The position numbers and the translations under genes were made by a program. Below, piece by piece: positions 1 to 14,400 of a stretch of DNA of 64,000 bases (position 1 is the first letter of the stretch; each line of letters starts with the position of its first letter). The DNA is taken from positions 380-64,379 of IMG/VR virus record IMGVR_UViG_3300045988_141926, one strand, 5' to 3'. This DNA is from a virus. A model generated the notes under the pieces. The model had not been told where the DNA came from, ran no database searches, and saw only the letters and a list, made by a program, of their open reading frames with translations.

Positions 1-3000
1 TAAAATAAATTTAATAATAGAAGAACTGTCTTCATCTTCCAAGCCATTCTATTCAGTACCGCCTTGTAATTTTAAATTTAAAGCAGTATAATCAGAAGCA
101 ATAGTATTTCCTATATCAATTAAACTAGATACCTAAAATAAATCCTTTAGAGTATCCATATTATCTAAATCAATTTTAGTATTTTTTAATTTCTCAATTA
201 AATCAACGCAAGCATTAAAAGGATATAAAAAATTATCATTATCATCAGTACCAATAAAATTAATAAACGCTTTAGTATCAGAATCTAAATTATCAGTCTA
301 TCCTAATAATTTATTTAAATTTCTACGAGATTGTTTTAAACGTCCATAATACCATAAAATTTCATGTATGCCACCCAAAACTTTTTGATATAATAATTTA
401 TCTAAAGCATCATCGTCATCTTGATCTTTTATAATAGCTAAATACCCTATTATAGTATCATATAATCCTTGAATAGAAGTCCAAGCATCAATATAATAAT
501 TCATTTGATTCCGACGAGCCTCAGCTTCAGAAGTATTGGTACTGCCCAGCCCTGCTAAAACTCTATTATAATGATTTTTTATATTAGTTAAAATCTCAGT
601 AATATTAATTGAAGACTCAATTTGCTCAAGATTATCTTTTATTGAGTTGTAATTAGAAGAAGTAACATTTGTTAATTGATTAGCTATACTCTAATAAATT
701 AAACAATATAACCATAATGCCGCTTTATATCTATAAACAGTTGCATTATAACCATCATCAGTAAGCGTTTGACCATTTTTATCAGCGATTTCATAAATTT
801 GATTTAATAAACCACTATAATCATTCGCAATAGAATTAGCATTTTCAATAGCAGAATTCTAATTATTATAAAGAGATTGTAATAAAGAATCTAATTTATT
901 TAATTTAGAATTAATACCTTCTTTAGTTGGTTGCTAAATTAAATCTAATAAATCCTATTCTTCTTCATCCTATAATTTTAATTCAGTATACATACCTTTA
1001 TTTATCTACATTCGCTTAATTGTTTTTAATACTTCTTTTTTTATTTCAGCTTTCTTCTCTTCAGTAATATCATTTGACCATAAATCAACAATATCAAAAT
1101 TCTTTAATGCTGCTGGTTTCATAGTATTTAAAATTTCATTAATAATATTACGATCCTGCCAATTAATTATTCTTTCTAAACGAGATTGATGATCATTTAA
1201 ATCTTCATAAGGAATATTATTTGATTCTGATAAACCATTTAATAAAGTATTATAACTGCGAGTTAAAGTTAAATATCTCTAAAAATTATTATCAGCTTCT
1301 GCTATTAGTTCATAATTACGATATAAAGCTCTTAAAAATTCTGATTGCTATATATAATTATCTTTAGCTCGTTTTGTTTCACTATCATTTACTTCAGTAT
1401 AATAATCTAAAATTTCTAACTAAAACGTTGCTTCCGCTATTAGCCCCGTACCAATCTTAATTATATCAGGAGAGCTTAAATTAGAAAAATATCTATTATC
1501 ATCATACTCTAACTCTACAGAATTATCAAAACGAATATAAAAATCTTTAATCTAATCTTGCTATACAATTGACTTAGCAATACTATTTTCATCAACAGTC
1601 CAATCAGTATGATAAAACTCAGGAACTGGATTATAATCTTCTTTATTCAACCAACGAATAGCTGTTGATAAATAATCTTTTTCATGAATTAATTCATTAT
1701 TATTTTTTATAGTTTTATAGAATGTAGCGTTTTTTAATAAATCTTCTAAAGATTTTATCTAAGCATCATAAAAATCATTAATAGCTTTATGGTCAAACAT
1801 AATAGCAGTTTGTAATTTTTTTTCTCTTAAATCATTTAATGCTTTAATTTGATTATTAATATAATCTTGATATTTATCTGTAGCTCCTTTAGGAATAATA
1901 TAAACATCCTTAACTAATTTATATTTTCCATCTTTTTCAACATACAACTCTAATTCATCATTTAAATATGTCTTTTTATTTTTAATTAAAACATAATATA
2001 ATCCAACTTCTTCGTCATATTGAATGTCATGTAATTTTTCATAACGATATTTTTCATTGATATAAAATGAAGTGTCAAAATCATCAATCACTGATTTCCA
2101 ATAACAATCATAATATTGACCAGTCTTTACTCCAAAAATATTAGTACGCTATGTTGGCATCCAAGAGTCAAAATGAGGAAAATACTCATACATCTAAAAT
2201 ACACAAAATTCATCATTTACATTAAAATATTCTCTTACTTTTGGAGTTAATTCATCTATTGGATAGGGCTCTCCAAAAGGAGAAACAGAATATAATAAAT
2301 ATTGACTTCCGAAATTTTCTTCATAATCATATTTAGAATAACTACCATCAGCTTGAGGCAAACATACATGAGTTGCTTTTCCATCACTAATCGCCCAAGG
2401 TACTCCAGATGGATTTTCCGCAGTTATCTTTGCCCATCCTTCAGGAGTGACATATTCATAAGGTACAGCATAAATAGGTATTAATTCGCGCACTTTTATG
2501 TGTAATTGTTCTAAATTTAAAACTTTTAATTTATCTCTAGTATAGTTATAGAATTGAGTATTAATATAAGACATAATATTGCCAGGTTCAAATCCTTTAG
2601 CCGCTAAAGTATCATAAATTTTTTCAAATGCAGAATTTGCATCTAATTTATTTAATACAATTCTTTCATTTAAAGAGCTTAATGCATTTCTAAATTTATT
2701 AACATCTGATTCAGTTAAAGACTAATCTTTCTATTTAGTAACTAAAGTGTCTAATTCAGTTAATACTGGATTAACTCCTACAAACTAATGACTTAAAATT
2801 GTTTTTAATTTTACTTCAGTGATTGCATCAAAGTCTCCATATCGAACTCCTTGATACTGGCATTCTAAAATGCCTACTGGATGAGTATATTCATCATTAG
2901 GTATTCTAATACGACTTATTTTTCGACTTGAATTATTATAAGTATATGAACCAGTAATTCCAATTAAAATTTCATCTTCTGTTTTTTCTGACACATCACC

Positions 3001-5469
3001 ATAAGTTAAGAAAATACTAGACCCAGGTAATAAATCTTGAACAGAAAATTGACTAATATTATTTGATTCAAAATCTATAGTAATATCCATACCTGGCTCA
3101 TATTCATTTAAATAATAACTACGCCATAATGAAATATATTTACTAACAATATCAGATTTTATAAATCCATATTTTAATAAATTTTCATAAGTTAAATCCG
3201 CAATTTCAACACATTGTCCGGTAAAAGAATGAAGCATACGTCCTAGTGTATCTACTGGCGACATAGAAATATTCATAATACGAACGATAAAATTCCCTTC
3301 TGGTCCAGACCGGAATAATTTAGGCTATCCATTATTTAACCAATCTAAGACTTCCATTTTAAAATTGCGCTCTTTATGAATATTATTTTCAATTAAATCA
3401 CAAGGATTTTCTAATACTTTTTCCATACGATCAAAAAATTCTGTACTATTTTTAATATCGGCATGGTCAGTACAAGTTCTAATATAATCTTGAATTTCTC
3501 TATCATAAAATAAAATTTCATCATCCATTTGGTAAGAAATTAATCCACTAATAGGAAATTCTTTATAAGCAACTTTTCCATTTCTGAAAATAAAGGGAAA
3601 TTTATTGCCAATTGTATTTGTTTTTTGTTCTAATATTGTAGTTTTAAATGAAGATACTTTAGGATTGAATTTTACTTTTAAAACTCTATCTCCATCATAT
3701 AAAAAGATATCTTCAAAATCAACTGAAACGGGTTCACTTTCAATACGAGAAGAGTAAATACCAAACAAATTATATTGAATTATACCATAAATATATTTAA
3801 CACCTTGTTTAACAGTATAATCATTATAATCCACTAATGATGGTTTCATATTTTCAAGTTTAAATCGTTTTAATTCTAACCAAGAACGATATTCATCCTC
3901 TTCGCTGGCCCTTACTAAAATGTATTGACCAAAATAAGTATCTTCTTGTTTATCTACTTGGTATTCAATATTAGAATCATATCCTAAAATATGTAAATAT
4001 TCTTTAGCTAATTCAGTAGATAAATTAGCCGTAGTAATAATATTTTGGCATAAATTAATTAAACTCTAATCTGTAACAATCTAATCTAACTCTGTTTCAT
4101 CAGCATTTATAGAATCCTATAAATAATTTAAATAAGAATTTACTCTATTCTATAAAATAATATTTAAATTTTTATATCCTTCAAATGAAGTAGCAATATA
4201 TACTGTAGTATTCCATAAAAATTTACTAAATAAATTATAATAATTTATTTCTTCTTTTTCTTTACCGATATTTTCTATAACAGAACCTAAATATTCTCCT
4301 AAATATAAATCAAATTCTTTTGATTCCATAATTAAAGACTCTAAAATACCAGTAGAAATACCACACATATCATTTAATAATGAAACATTATCTCGTAAAT
4401 ATATTCTATACTTTTCTAAAATATTAACAACAAATCCTGATTCCTAAATTCGATCAACCCACTCTTTAATTTGCGGATTATCTGGACTATTTGCCCCTTG
4501 ATAGAATCGTTTTAATTTTATCATTAAATTTTTAGAATAATTATAATAAGTATTAATACGAGTCATTTCCTTAATAACATTTTCTTGACGGACTACTCGT
4601 TCAATACCATGAAAATTAACATTAATACATCCACTATTTGGATGAGGGTCTGTTGTGATTGAAATACTTTTACTAGGAGCTAATAAAGTTTCTGCTGTTA
4701 CTCTATACATTGGGCTTGATGCCACATATCCATTTAAAGTTGTAACAGTATAAACTAATTTATAAACTTCACTAGTTTTAATGAAACTACTTAAAACAAC
4801 TGAATCAGTAGATATTCCATATTCAATATCATTAGAATTATTATGTAATAATTCACCAGTGGTATAATATAATTCCCCTTCTTCTGTATAAAATGAAAAA
4901 TTATAAGAATATACTTTTTCACTCTAATCAAAATCAGAAGATAATTCATACAAACCAAATAAATTATTATTAAATAAATTAATACTATCAATTGAATACC
5001 CTTTAACTGAAATTTTAGGTTCCTAAATACATTTAATAATACCAATAGTAGAATAGTATCCTGTTAATTTTTTAACAACATTAACTGTAATAGTTTCTTT
5101 CGTGTCAGGATCTTCTTTTGTTTCAGTCTATGTATATTGTGAAATATAGGCTAATTGTACCTTGTAATACTAACCTTCATTTAATAAGGCTCCCTAAGAA
5201 GGAGGTATCGTAAATGTAACAGTAGAATTAGCAGTATTAAAATCCATTGATTCGATTGGATTAAATAAATAAGTATTTGTTGAAGCAGTTTTTAATCGTA
5301 AAACAAATCCAACAAATTCTTTATCATTGACCGCGGCACTCGCAGTAAAAGGAATTGTAATCTGAACATCCTTTAATACTTTCGTGTCGCCTGTTTCAAT
5401 ATAACTCTTACAAAAAGCAGGTAAAGTACCTGCTATTACAGGAGGATATAATCTTTCAGGCATAGTCAT
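1..5469 (-). CDS. Giant tail fiber / tail-associated lysin-like structural protein, 3' end beyond window (>1820 aa)
   Basis: A continuous minus-strand frame runs from the ATG at 5469 (SD AAGGAG upstream) to position 1 with no TAA/TGA, only in-frame TAG, checked codon by codon. It sits after the tape measure and Dit-like genes. The start overlaps the upstream stop as ATGA. Confidence 0.6.
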
Positions 5470-8381
5470 TCTCCTTTACCACATAATTATTATTTATTTT
5501 CCAATGCTTGAATGCGTTTTACTAAATTTGGAATTGTTGTTTGCTATAATGTATTGAAATTACTTTCCAAAATTTGGATACGTTGTTCTAATTTATCGCA
5601 CCTATCAATTAAAGTCTTAATAGTAGAATTTGAAGATAAATTACATTGGACGGGTACTCCATTTAAGAAATATACTGGGTTCCCAGAGCTTCCAATATTT
5701 AATAAACTTTTATAATCAGCACTTGCTAAATTCTATGCTGAAGTAGCAGTTTTTATCCAAGCTTCTCCCTAATCGTTTATTTTAAATATATTTTTTTTAT
5801 TATCAAAAGCGTATAAACCATATTCTTCTAAATTATTATTATTTTTAAATGTACCCATTAGTACACCTTTAGTCTAATTACTATTTAATTGTCCTACTGT
5901 AGTAGAAATTAATTGTAAAGTTTCGTCATTAAAATTAATAGCTGCCCCTTGTAAATCATTCCACATTGCAATAGGATAATTATTTTTAATCACTACAATA
6001 GGCTATATCCATACTATTTTGTCTGTTTTATTCTATGCCTATACATAGAGACAAGTTGAATTATTATCTTGAGAGGAAAATACAGTAGGCGGAATAATTA
6101 TATTATTTTCAAATTTCCACTATGCTAAAATTTTGTTCTCATCATTTTTAATATTATTCTGCAAGCTCCAATTTAAATTTTCAGATACAGTTTCAAACCC
6201 ATCCATTTCAGTTGTATATTTAAAAATTTGATAATTAGTTTTTTCATATACCGGTTTTTTACCAGTAATATCATAAGTTATTATAGAGCATCCATCAGCA
6301 CAAACATATTCTGGATTAAATGTAGTAGGAATACTAATATATCCCTCTAAATTATTATTATTATAAGTTCCTTTTACTTTAACCACTAATTTTGATAAAA
6401 GATTAATATCAGATTCTGTTAATGCTTCATGAATTTTAATAATATTATCCACTAATGAAATCTTATCAGAATTTAAAGAATTATAATACCATTCATAAGT
6501 TAATTCAATATCAGAACGTCCTTGCCAAGTATAATCATATAAATTAGCAACTATTCGATACTCCTTATCTTGAGAAATAGGACAAATAACTTTACAATCC
6601 TTATACTAATCTTTAATTTTTTCTTGTAGTGATAATTGAAGTACACAATTAGCCCCAGAAGAGCCGCTATTACCAAATAATAATTCAATTGAACTGGTAT
6701 ATATCTAATTATTAATTTCAATTTCACATTTAATTGTATTATTTCTAAAAAGTGGATTGTATAAAGAGTTAATTCTAAAAGGTATATAATATATTTTAGT
6801 TGTAGGATTTAAATAATCATACATAGGAGCAGTATTTTTATCAGTATTTAATATATGCTCAAACTCATACTCATCATGCTTATTTATCTTTCCATTTTCC
6901 ACTGGAATAATCATTGTTTTTTTAGAAGGTAGCATATATCGTAATCGAACACCATTTGTCAATGTTGTAGTCTTACTAGTATCTTTGCTATTAAATTCTA
7001 CCGCAATATAATGGATTTTTTCTCCATCAGAACGAGCTAATAATTGGTTATCTTGTCCATATATATAAAATGTATTATTATTATTATTCGTAAATAAATT
7101 TAAACCAGCTAATAAACCAATATCTGGATTATATAATGTATTTGTATAAGAACATGACTAAGAATATCCTAAAACTTCTCTTGTTCCTATTTTACCTTTA
7201 AAATAAATCCTATATGATTGAGTAAAAATCTAATCTCCTAAACGGAGAGAGATAGAAATTGTATTACCCGCAAGAATAGGAATCTCATCATAGCTGCCAT
7301 CTGCTCTTGCACCTAAACGCCACCAACCTTGACCAAATACTGAACTATTTTCAGTTACATCTTTATCATAAGAATATAACCATATTTCTGCCCCAGTAAA
7401 TGTAGCCAAAGTCCCTGAAGTCATATCTATAACTCTAAACCCCATTGTAACCTTACGTTTTTCTTCATCTTGAGAGGGAGTGAACTAATATCTATTGCTA
7501 CCTCTTGGATATAAATAAACGCCAATATTACTATCAGTTGTAATATCTGAAAAATTACTTTTATAATATCCTAAATATAAATTTATATTTTTAAAAACAA
7601 TTGAAAAAGAATCTGAACTATCAATTTTATTATTATCACTATCGTAAAAATTGCCATTTTCCCATAATTCAATTTGGATATCATTAATAATTAAATTAGT
7701 AACATCTATATCAAAATATTGAGAAGTATAACCTCCTGTTTTATATGCACTTAAAAATAACATATCTTTATTAGAGGATATTGTTGTGGTCTGTCGAGTA
7801 AATGTTTTTAATTCTTTTGTTGTCTAATCTTTTCCACTTAATATAATACGGATACCATAAGTACCTTTATTTAAAGTTTTTGCGCCATTATATAAATCAG
7901 CCATTAAATTATAAGAAATACGTAAAGTCGTATATCCTACTAATTCATTATTACTTATATAACTCTGAGGACCCATAATAGTTTTACTAGACTCTCGACC
8001 TTCAGAACTAGGAATTAACACAATCTCTTTACTCTAATTAAAAAGCTAATTAGCTGCATAAAAAGTTTTAGAATCATCTTTACCAATTACTTCATAATCA
8101 CTAATTACACGTCCAGTAATCAATTTCTTACCAGAAAAATCGCCTTGTGGAATTAATACATAAACTTCTTCATTAAGAGCATAAGATTTATCTTTTTCAT
8201 TAACAAAAACTGTTAATTTAGCTCCTTTATAATTTACAATATATTTCTATGCTCCTTCAATACTTTCAGGAACACTTTCTACTACTCCAACTATTGTCTA
8301 GTCAAATGGTAAATTCTATAATCGAGCAGATACAATTGTGTCTACTGATCGGAATATTTTTTCATTTAATTCATTAGACAT
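5466..8381 (-). CDS. Large tail/baseplate protein (Dit-like position), ~971 aa
   Basis: Frame-0 minus ORF from the ATG at ~8381 (SD AAAGGAGAG) to the TGA at 5466-5468. Only in-frame TAGs were found. The TGA overlaps the next gene's ATG, so translation is probably coupled. Confidence 0.55.
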
Positions 8382-8454
8382 AATTCGCTCTCCTTTTTCT
8401 CATATTCTAATAAATTTTGAGAAAAAATCTTATTTTATTATTTATATTTGGCCA

Positions 8455-8492
8455 ATAAAAAAATGGCGAGGTTTAATTACCTCGCCATTTAA
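8455..8492 (-). terminator. GC hairpin with flanking A/T tracts at the 3' end of the tape measure gene
   Basis: aaaaatggcgaggtttaattacctcgccattt. Confidence 0.5.
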
Positions 8493-8493
8493 A

Positions 8494-11400
8494 TTAAATA
8501 GTCTTTCGACTAGCATATTGACTTGCTTCATTTTCCATCATTTCAAATGCTTCCATAATTTCATTACTATCAGTCACATTCGGGAAATCAGCATTAATAG
8601 AAACTTGTTGCATAAATTCTTGTGCAATTCTATCAACACCAAGAGAAGAAGGAATAAGATTAGATAAATAGCTTACAATAGTCTAAACATTTAATCCTAT
8701 ATTTTGTAATATAGTAGAAATATCTAAACTATCCATTAAAGCAGTATCAATATTTAATTCATTATTATTCATCCAACCTTCAATTTGTTTATTTATATCT
8801 AATTGATCTAACATATCTAAATAAGAGAATTGAGAAATATAATCAGGAATTCCAGCTGATTTATTAAAACTCTCAGAATTATGTTGAGTACTAATTATAT
8901 TATTGGCAGTCGCTGTTGAACGAGAATCAATAGCATTTTCATATTTACTATAATCAATACTCTACATTCCAGACAAAGCAGCCACCATTTCATTCATAGT
9001 TTTTACTAAAGCTTCATTACGCTTAATCGCACTATCAATTTTAGAAACATAAATAGATTCCCAATCACTGGCTGCTTTAATAACATCATTAAATGAATCT
9101 GTTGCATTTTTAACAATTTTTTCCATATCTGCAACGGCTTTATTTGATTCACCAGTAATTTTGATTGACCATCCAGAAGCTTCATCAGCAAAACTTCCTT
9201 CAATACCTGCTGTACTATTAATTTCTTTAATTTTATTTAAATAATCATCAAGTAATTTATTAGAATCAGCTACATAATTATCATGGCTTTTCCAGAATGC
9301 GTTAAACATTTCATCTAATGTAGAATATCCTGTTTTTAATGCTAAAGTAGTCTAATTGAAATTTTCAACTAATGCGCCAGAACTATCTTTATAATATGCT
9401 ACAAATTTTTCATTAGCATCTTTACTGTTTTTAAATACTTCTTCATACTACTAATGAATTTGCTGCATACGTTCATCATAATATTTTTCTAAATCAGCCG
9501 CCTACTTTTCATATTCAGCTTGAGAAATTTCACCTTGAGTGAATGACAACTTTATTGCTGTTAATTTTTCTTGATAATCAGATTGTAATTGAATAATATT
9601 ATTTTCTAAGGTTTTCAAATATTCTTCATTAGCTTTTTGATAAGCATTTAATTTATCTTCATATTCTTGTTCAGCTTCAGCTATTTTATCTTCATTAGCA
9701 CTATATACATATCCCCAATTCCCATTATTGTCACGAGTTAAACGAACAGTTTCATTAGAGTTTTGGGCGTCTTCCAATTTCTATCTAGCTAGCTCTAATT
9801 CATATTTAGATTGTAAAATCTTTAAATCATATTCACTAATTTTAGAGCCATCTTTTAATTTTTTATTTAACTCATCTTGTAATTTATTTAATGCTTGTTT
9901 ATGAGGAATAATGTCAGTATCATCAATAGAGCCTTCAATTTGGCGTCTTAGTTTATTTAATTCATAAGTCTTGTCAGCATCACTTAAATACTAATCATTT
10001 AATTCATTAGCTCTAGTAATAGCATCTTGCAAAGCCTCAATAGAACCATAAATAGGAGATATGCCATCTTCAAACTCTTTGACGATATTATCCATTTCTT
10101 CTTCAAAGATATCATGAGCTCTCTCTAATGTCTCTTGCCAAGTATCTAAGAAATTTTCTTCAGCATCATGAACTTGCTTATCAATTTCTTTTAAAGTGTC
10201 ACTCCATCGTTTAATTCCAATTGAATCTTCATTAGCAACAGCTTTATCATACTATTCTTGAGCGTCAGCACGCATTTGTTTTAATGCCTCTACTTGCTAT
10301 TTAGCTCCTGCAAGATTATTAATGCTATTATTCATTAATGAACGATTTAAATTACGCAATACTAATTTTGATTGTTCATTTAATTGAGCACCTAACAGGG
10401 AAGTAATATCTTTAACACCTTCAAGAATATTTTGATAGTGTTCAAATAAATCAATTTGGTCTTGAATATCCTCACTAAATTGATTAAAACTATCAAGAAC
10501 TTTTTCTTGAATAGTTGCTCTCATTTCAAGCAATTCTTGATTAGCTTCTAAAATACTAGAACGCCATTCTCGAATTTGATCAATTTCATCTTCAGTGAAA
10601 TTCTTAGCTTTTAAATCATCAACAGTTAATTTATCCAATTCTTCAATAGAATTAATACCATGATTATTTAATAACTCCAGCAAACCATCAGAATAAGTTT
10701 TGGTTTTTTCTAAAGCGTTTTCTGCTTTTTCACCAATTAATGCAATAGCTTCAGCCGCTGAATAGGCGTCATCTTCAATTTTACTAAGTAAATAATCAAG
10801 ATATTCCAACTCATCATCTTTAACGGCAATTTTAATTTCAATCTTGTATTGAGTTTTTTCAAAAATTACATCAGCTAATTCAGTTTGTAAATCATATAAT
10901 TTTTCTAATTCGTCTTGGCGCAGATTATTAGTTTCTTCATATTGTTCTAAAGCTTCAATAAAATCATCATAAGCCTCTTCTGCCGCTTTATCAGCATCTT
11001 CATTTTTACCAATAGATGAATTATATTTGTCAATCTGGCGCTTCATAATTTCATCATAATTAATAATAACACCAGTTTCATCAAACTCAGCCCCATAAGA
11101 TGCGATTAAAGACTTATCTTCTTCCCAGTATTTATTAATTTCATCAAGATATTGATTCTATAAATCAATCATTTCATCATATTTCTCAATTTCTTGATCC
11201 ATTAATTCTAATTTAGAAGTACCGAATGCTCTTTCTTTAGCTTTAGCTAAATGATCCATTACCTCTTGTAAATCTTCAATTTTTTGTTTAATTACATGAT
11301 AGCGCTCAATTTCATCTTTATACTCTTTTGGAGGAGGAGGAGTGTAATTACCACCGCCTCCACTAGGATTATTATCATTCGTATTATTATTTGTTGGACT

Positions 11401-14400
11401 GTTTTTATTACCACCTACAGTTTTTCCTCCAAATTTAGCTCCATCATATGTAATAGCTTGTACCGTAGGAGGAGGCTCTACCATAGTAGTTATTTCTTTA
11501 TCTTCATAACCAGTAATAATAGGCACAGGTAAAACACATCCATCAGGTCCATAATGCTCATAAATAGGATTCTATACAGTTGTAGTCTCCTCTACAGGTT
11601 CACTAGGTTCTACCTCTAAATTATAACCCATTTTACCCATTTCTTTAACAGCTTCATCTGCTGTCCATCCAAAAGCATCAACTATGCGTTGGCAGGCAGC
11701 AATAGCTTCACTGTCATCAACCCTAACACCGATCTATTTAGAATCGGCAAGATTAGCTAACGTATCAAAAGCTGAAGATAATTGTTCTACCATTGTATCA
11801 ATTTGATCTTGATTGTATTCTCCACACTCTCTTAATTTAGCTATATAAGGAGAAGTATCAGCGTCAATCATAATTTTTTTCTAAGCTTCAATTCTAAATT
11901 TAGCATAAGCTTCTTTATTTCCTTGCATCATTTTAGGAATTAATGGGCCTGCTTTTTTGATAAAATCTTTATCTTTCGCTAAAATTTTATCAAATGTTTC
12001 TTCACTTACTCCTGCCAACTATGAAAAACTATCTGAATTAGCATTTAAAAAATCTCCAAATGCATCATATTCTGATTCTGTTAATTCTACTCCTTTAGAT
12101 AATTTCTCAGCATATTTATCTAAAGCTTTACTATTATCATTCCACGCTTCCTAAATATCTTCAATAGTTCCAATATTTAAACCAGTTTTTTTTCGTAATT
12201 CATTAACTGCTTCAGCGTCTCCATTAATAGCTTTCTATATTAAATCAAAATTTTCTATAATATTATCACTATCGCTAATCCAATCTTCAAAGCCCTCTTT
12301 TGTCATATCAAACATCTTAGCATATTCTTCAGAGTTCTACTTTAAAACTTCTCCTACTTCTGATGCTTTAGATTCTAAAGCAGCTTGATAAGAATTATTT
12401 AATGTTTCTTCATCATATCCTTCAATTTGAGGGACCCCAGAATCTCTTAACTTTGAAAATTCATTAACGGTAGATTGATTTTTATCCCAAGTTTCTTTCG
12501 CTTTAGAAGCGCTTTCCCAAGTTGTTTTACTATCAGCTTCAATCCCTACATAATCATCAACATTAGCTATAGTATCTTCAGATGCTAATTTATTTTCCAG
12601 CCAAGCTCGTAACTCTGAAACAGAAATATTTTTAGTCTCTTTCTAATCTTCATCTATATATACTTCAATAGTTTTATCATTCTATAATTTAGATAAATTA
12701 CCCCAAAAATTATTATCTTTATAAGTATATCCTCTCTCTTTTAAAAACTCTTGAATATTTTCATTTGAATTATTTAAAACATTAAAAGCGGTAGCAGACT
12801 AGTCGGTATAATCTGTAGTATTAGAATTACGGACTGCATCTTCAGCCATTTTATAAGCAATATCAGAAGCATATTCATCACTAACTCCGGCTTCTTTTAA
12901 ATCTTCTAAAATGCCTTCAGAAACCATTTTATTATACATATCATTAGTTTCTATATCAGCAATTCGTTGTGCCTATATAGTTAATGCTTCAATAGCATCT
13001 TGTAAAGCACTATTATTATCAATTAAATCAATAACGCTTTGATCTAATCCTAAATCTTTTAATGTATTAGGATTAATTTCTAAACTTGGATTACGTAATT
13101 TAGCATTAACAATAGTATCCAAATCTTTAGATGTAATCTATTCTACATCATTGTCATAATGAGTCTATCCACGTTTAGTATAATCAGAAACAATTTCTTT
13201 TTTATTCTAATCATATTCATATTTGTCTTTAAATTTCTATTGAGCAGCTTTTGCTGATAATAAATTAGAACGTTCTTCATCCATTGAAGTCCGCATAGTC
13301 TCAGCGCCAGTATCTGTAATATATTTACGCCCCTGAGCATCAATATCCCAATCCTATCCCTTTATTAAACCATATTTTTCAATTAAATCATCAACTTCAT
13401 CATTTAATTCATTAACAGCATCTCGCCATTCTATAGTTCCATAAGTAAGATTGTCAATATTTTTACGCTTATCATTTAAGCCAGATAAAGTACTATTTAA
13501 TGTATTTAATCTACTATTTACATCATCTAACGCTGTTTTAGTTTCTTCTAAATTTTTATTATTCTATTCAGCATTTTCCGCAGCGGCTCCAGTAGCATTA
13601 TCATATATCGCCCAAGCCGCTACCAAAGCCCCTAAAGCTACAATTAAAGGCCAAATAGTAGCTAAAACTGGAACAATATTTAACCATAGACCTTTTAGAG
13701 CAGTAGAAAAAGCATTAGTTGTTACCGTCGCCTTTCCTGCTACAATAGCTTCAGCTTGCAATGCTGTAGTTTCAGTAACTACTCCTCCCGCTGCTAAAAC
13801 TGCTTGGATAGCATTCTTTTTAAAAGCATCATTTAATTTTTTACTAGCTAATATATTATCTATTTTCTTTTTTTGATTCTGGGTTAATACTATTGTATTA
13901 GCTCCTATTGCTACATTTTCTAAAGAAAGTGTAAGAAATTGTTTCTAGGACTATTGTTGTAAAAAAGCATTAGCAGTACCTAATCCTCGTAAAACACTAG
14001 ACACCCCAGGAACAATCATAGAAATACTAAATAAAACAGATGTAAATTTTTCCCATCCAGAAATATCAGGATCAGATAATGTTTGCATCATAGAATTAAA
14101 TGATTGTAATGCCATTGCGGCAGAACCACAAGCAGAGGCCAATGATATTATACTCTAAGTGAAAGGTATTTTATGAATTGGTTTAAAATTAATAACTGCT
14201 TGATTGAGTCCTTCTTGTGCTTCTTTTGCTTCTTTAGTAGCCTATCCCCACTATTTTAATGCTTTACCATGCGCCTAAATATCACCTTTAGCCTATTTCA
14301 TTGATTTACTTGTTGAACGACCCATTTGTTCTAAAGCATTAGCCGCATTTTTTCCTTCAACAGTAGTATTTTTTAGAACTTCTGCTAATTGTTTAAAAGC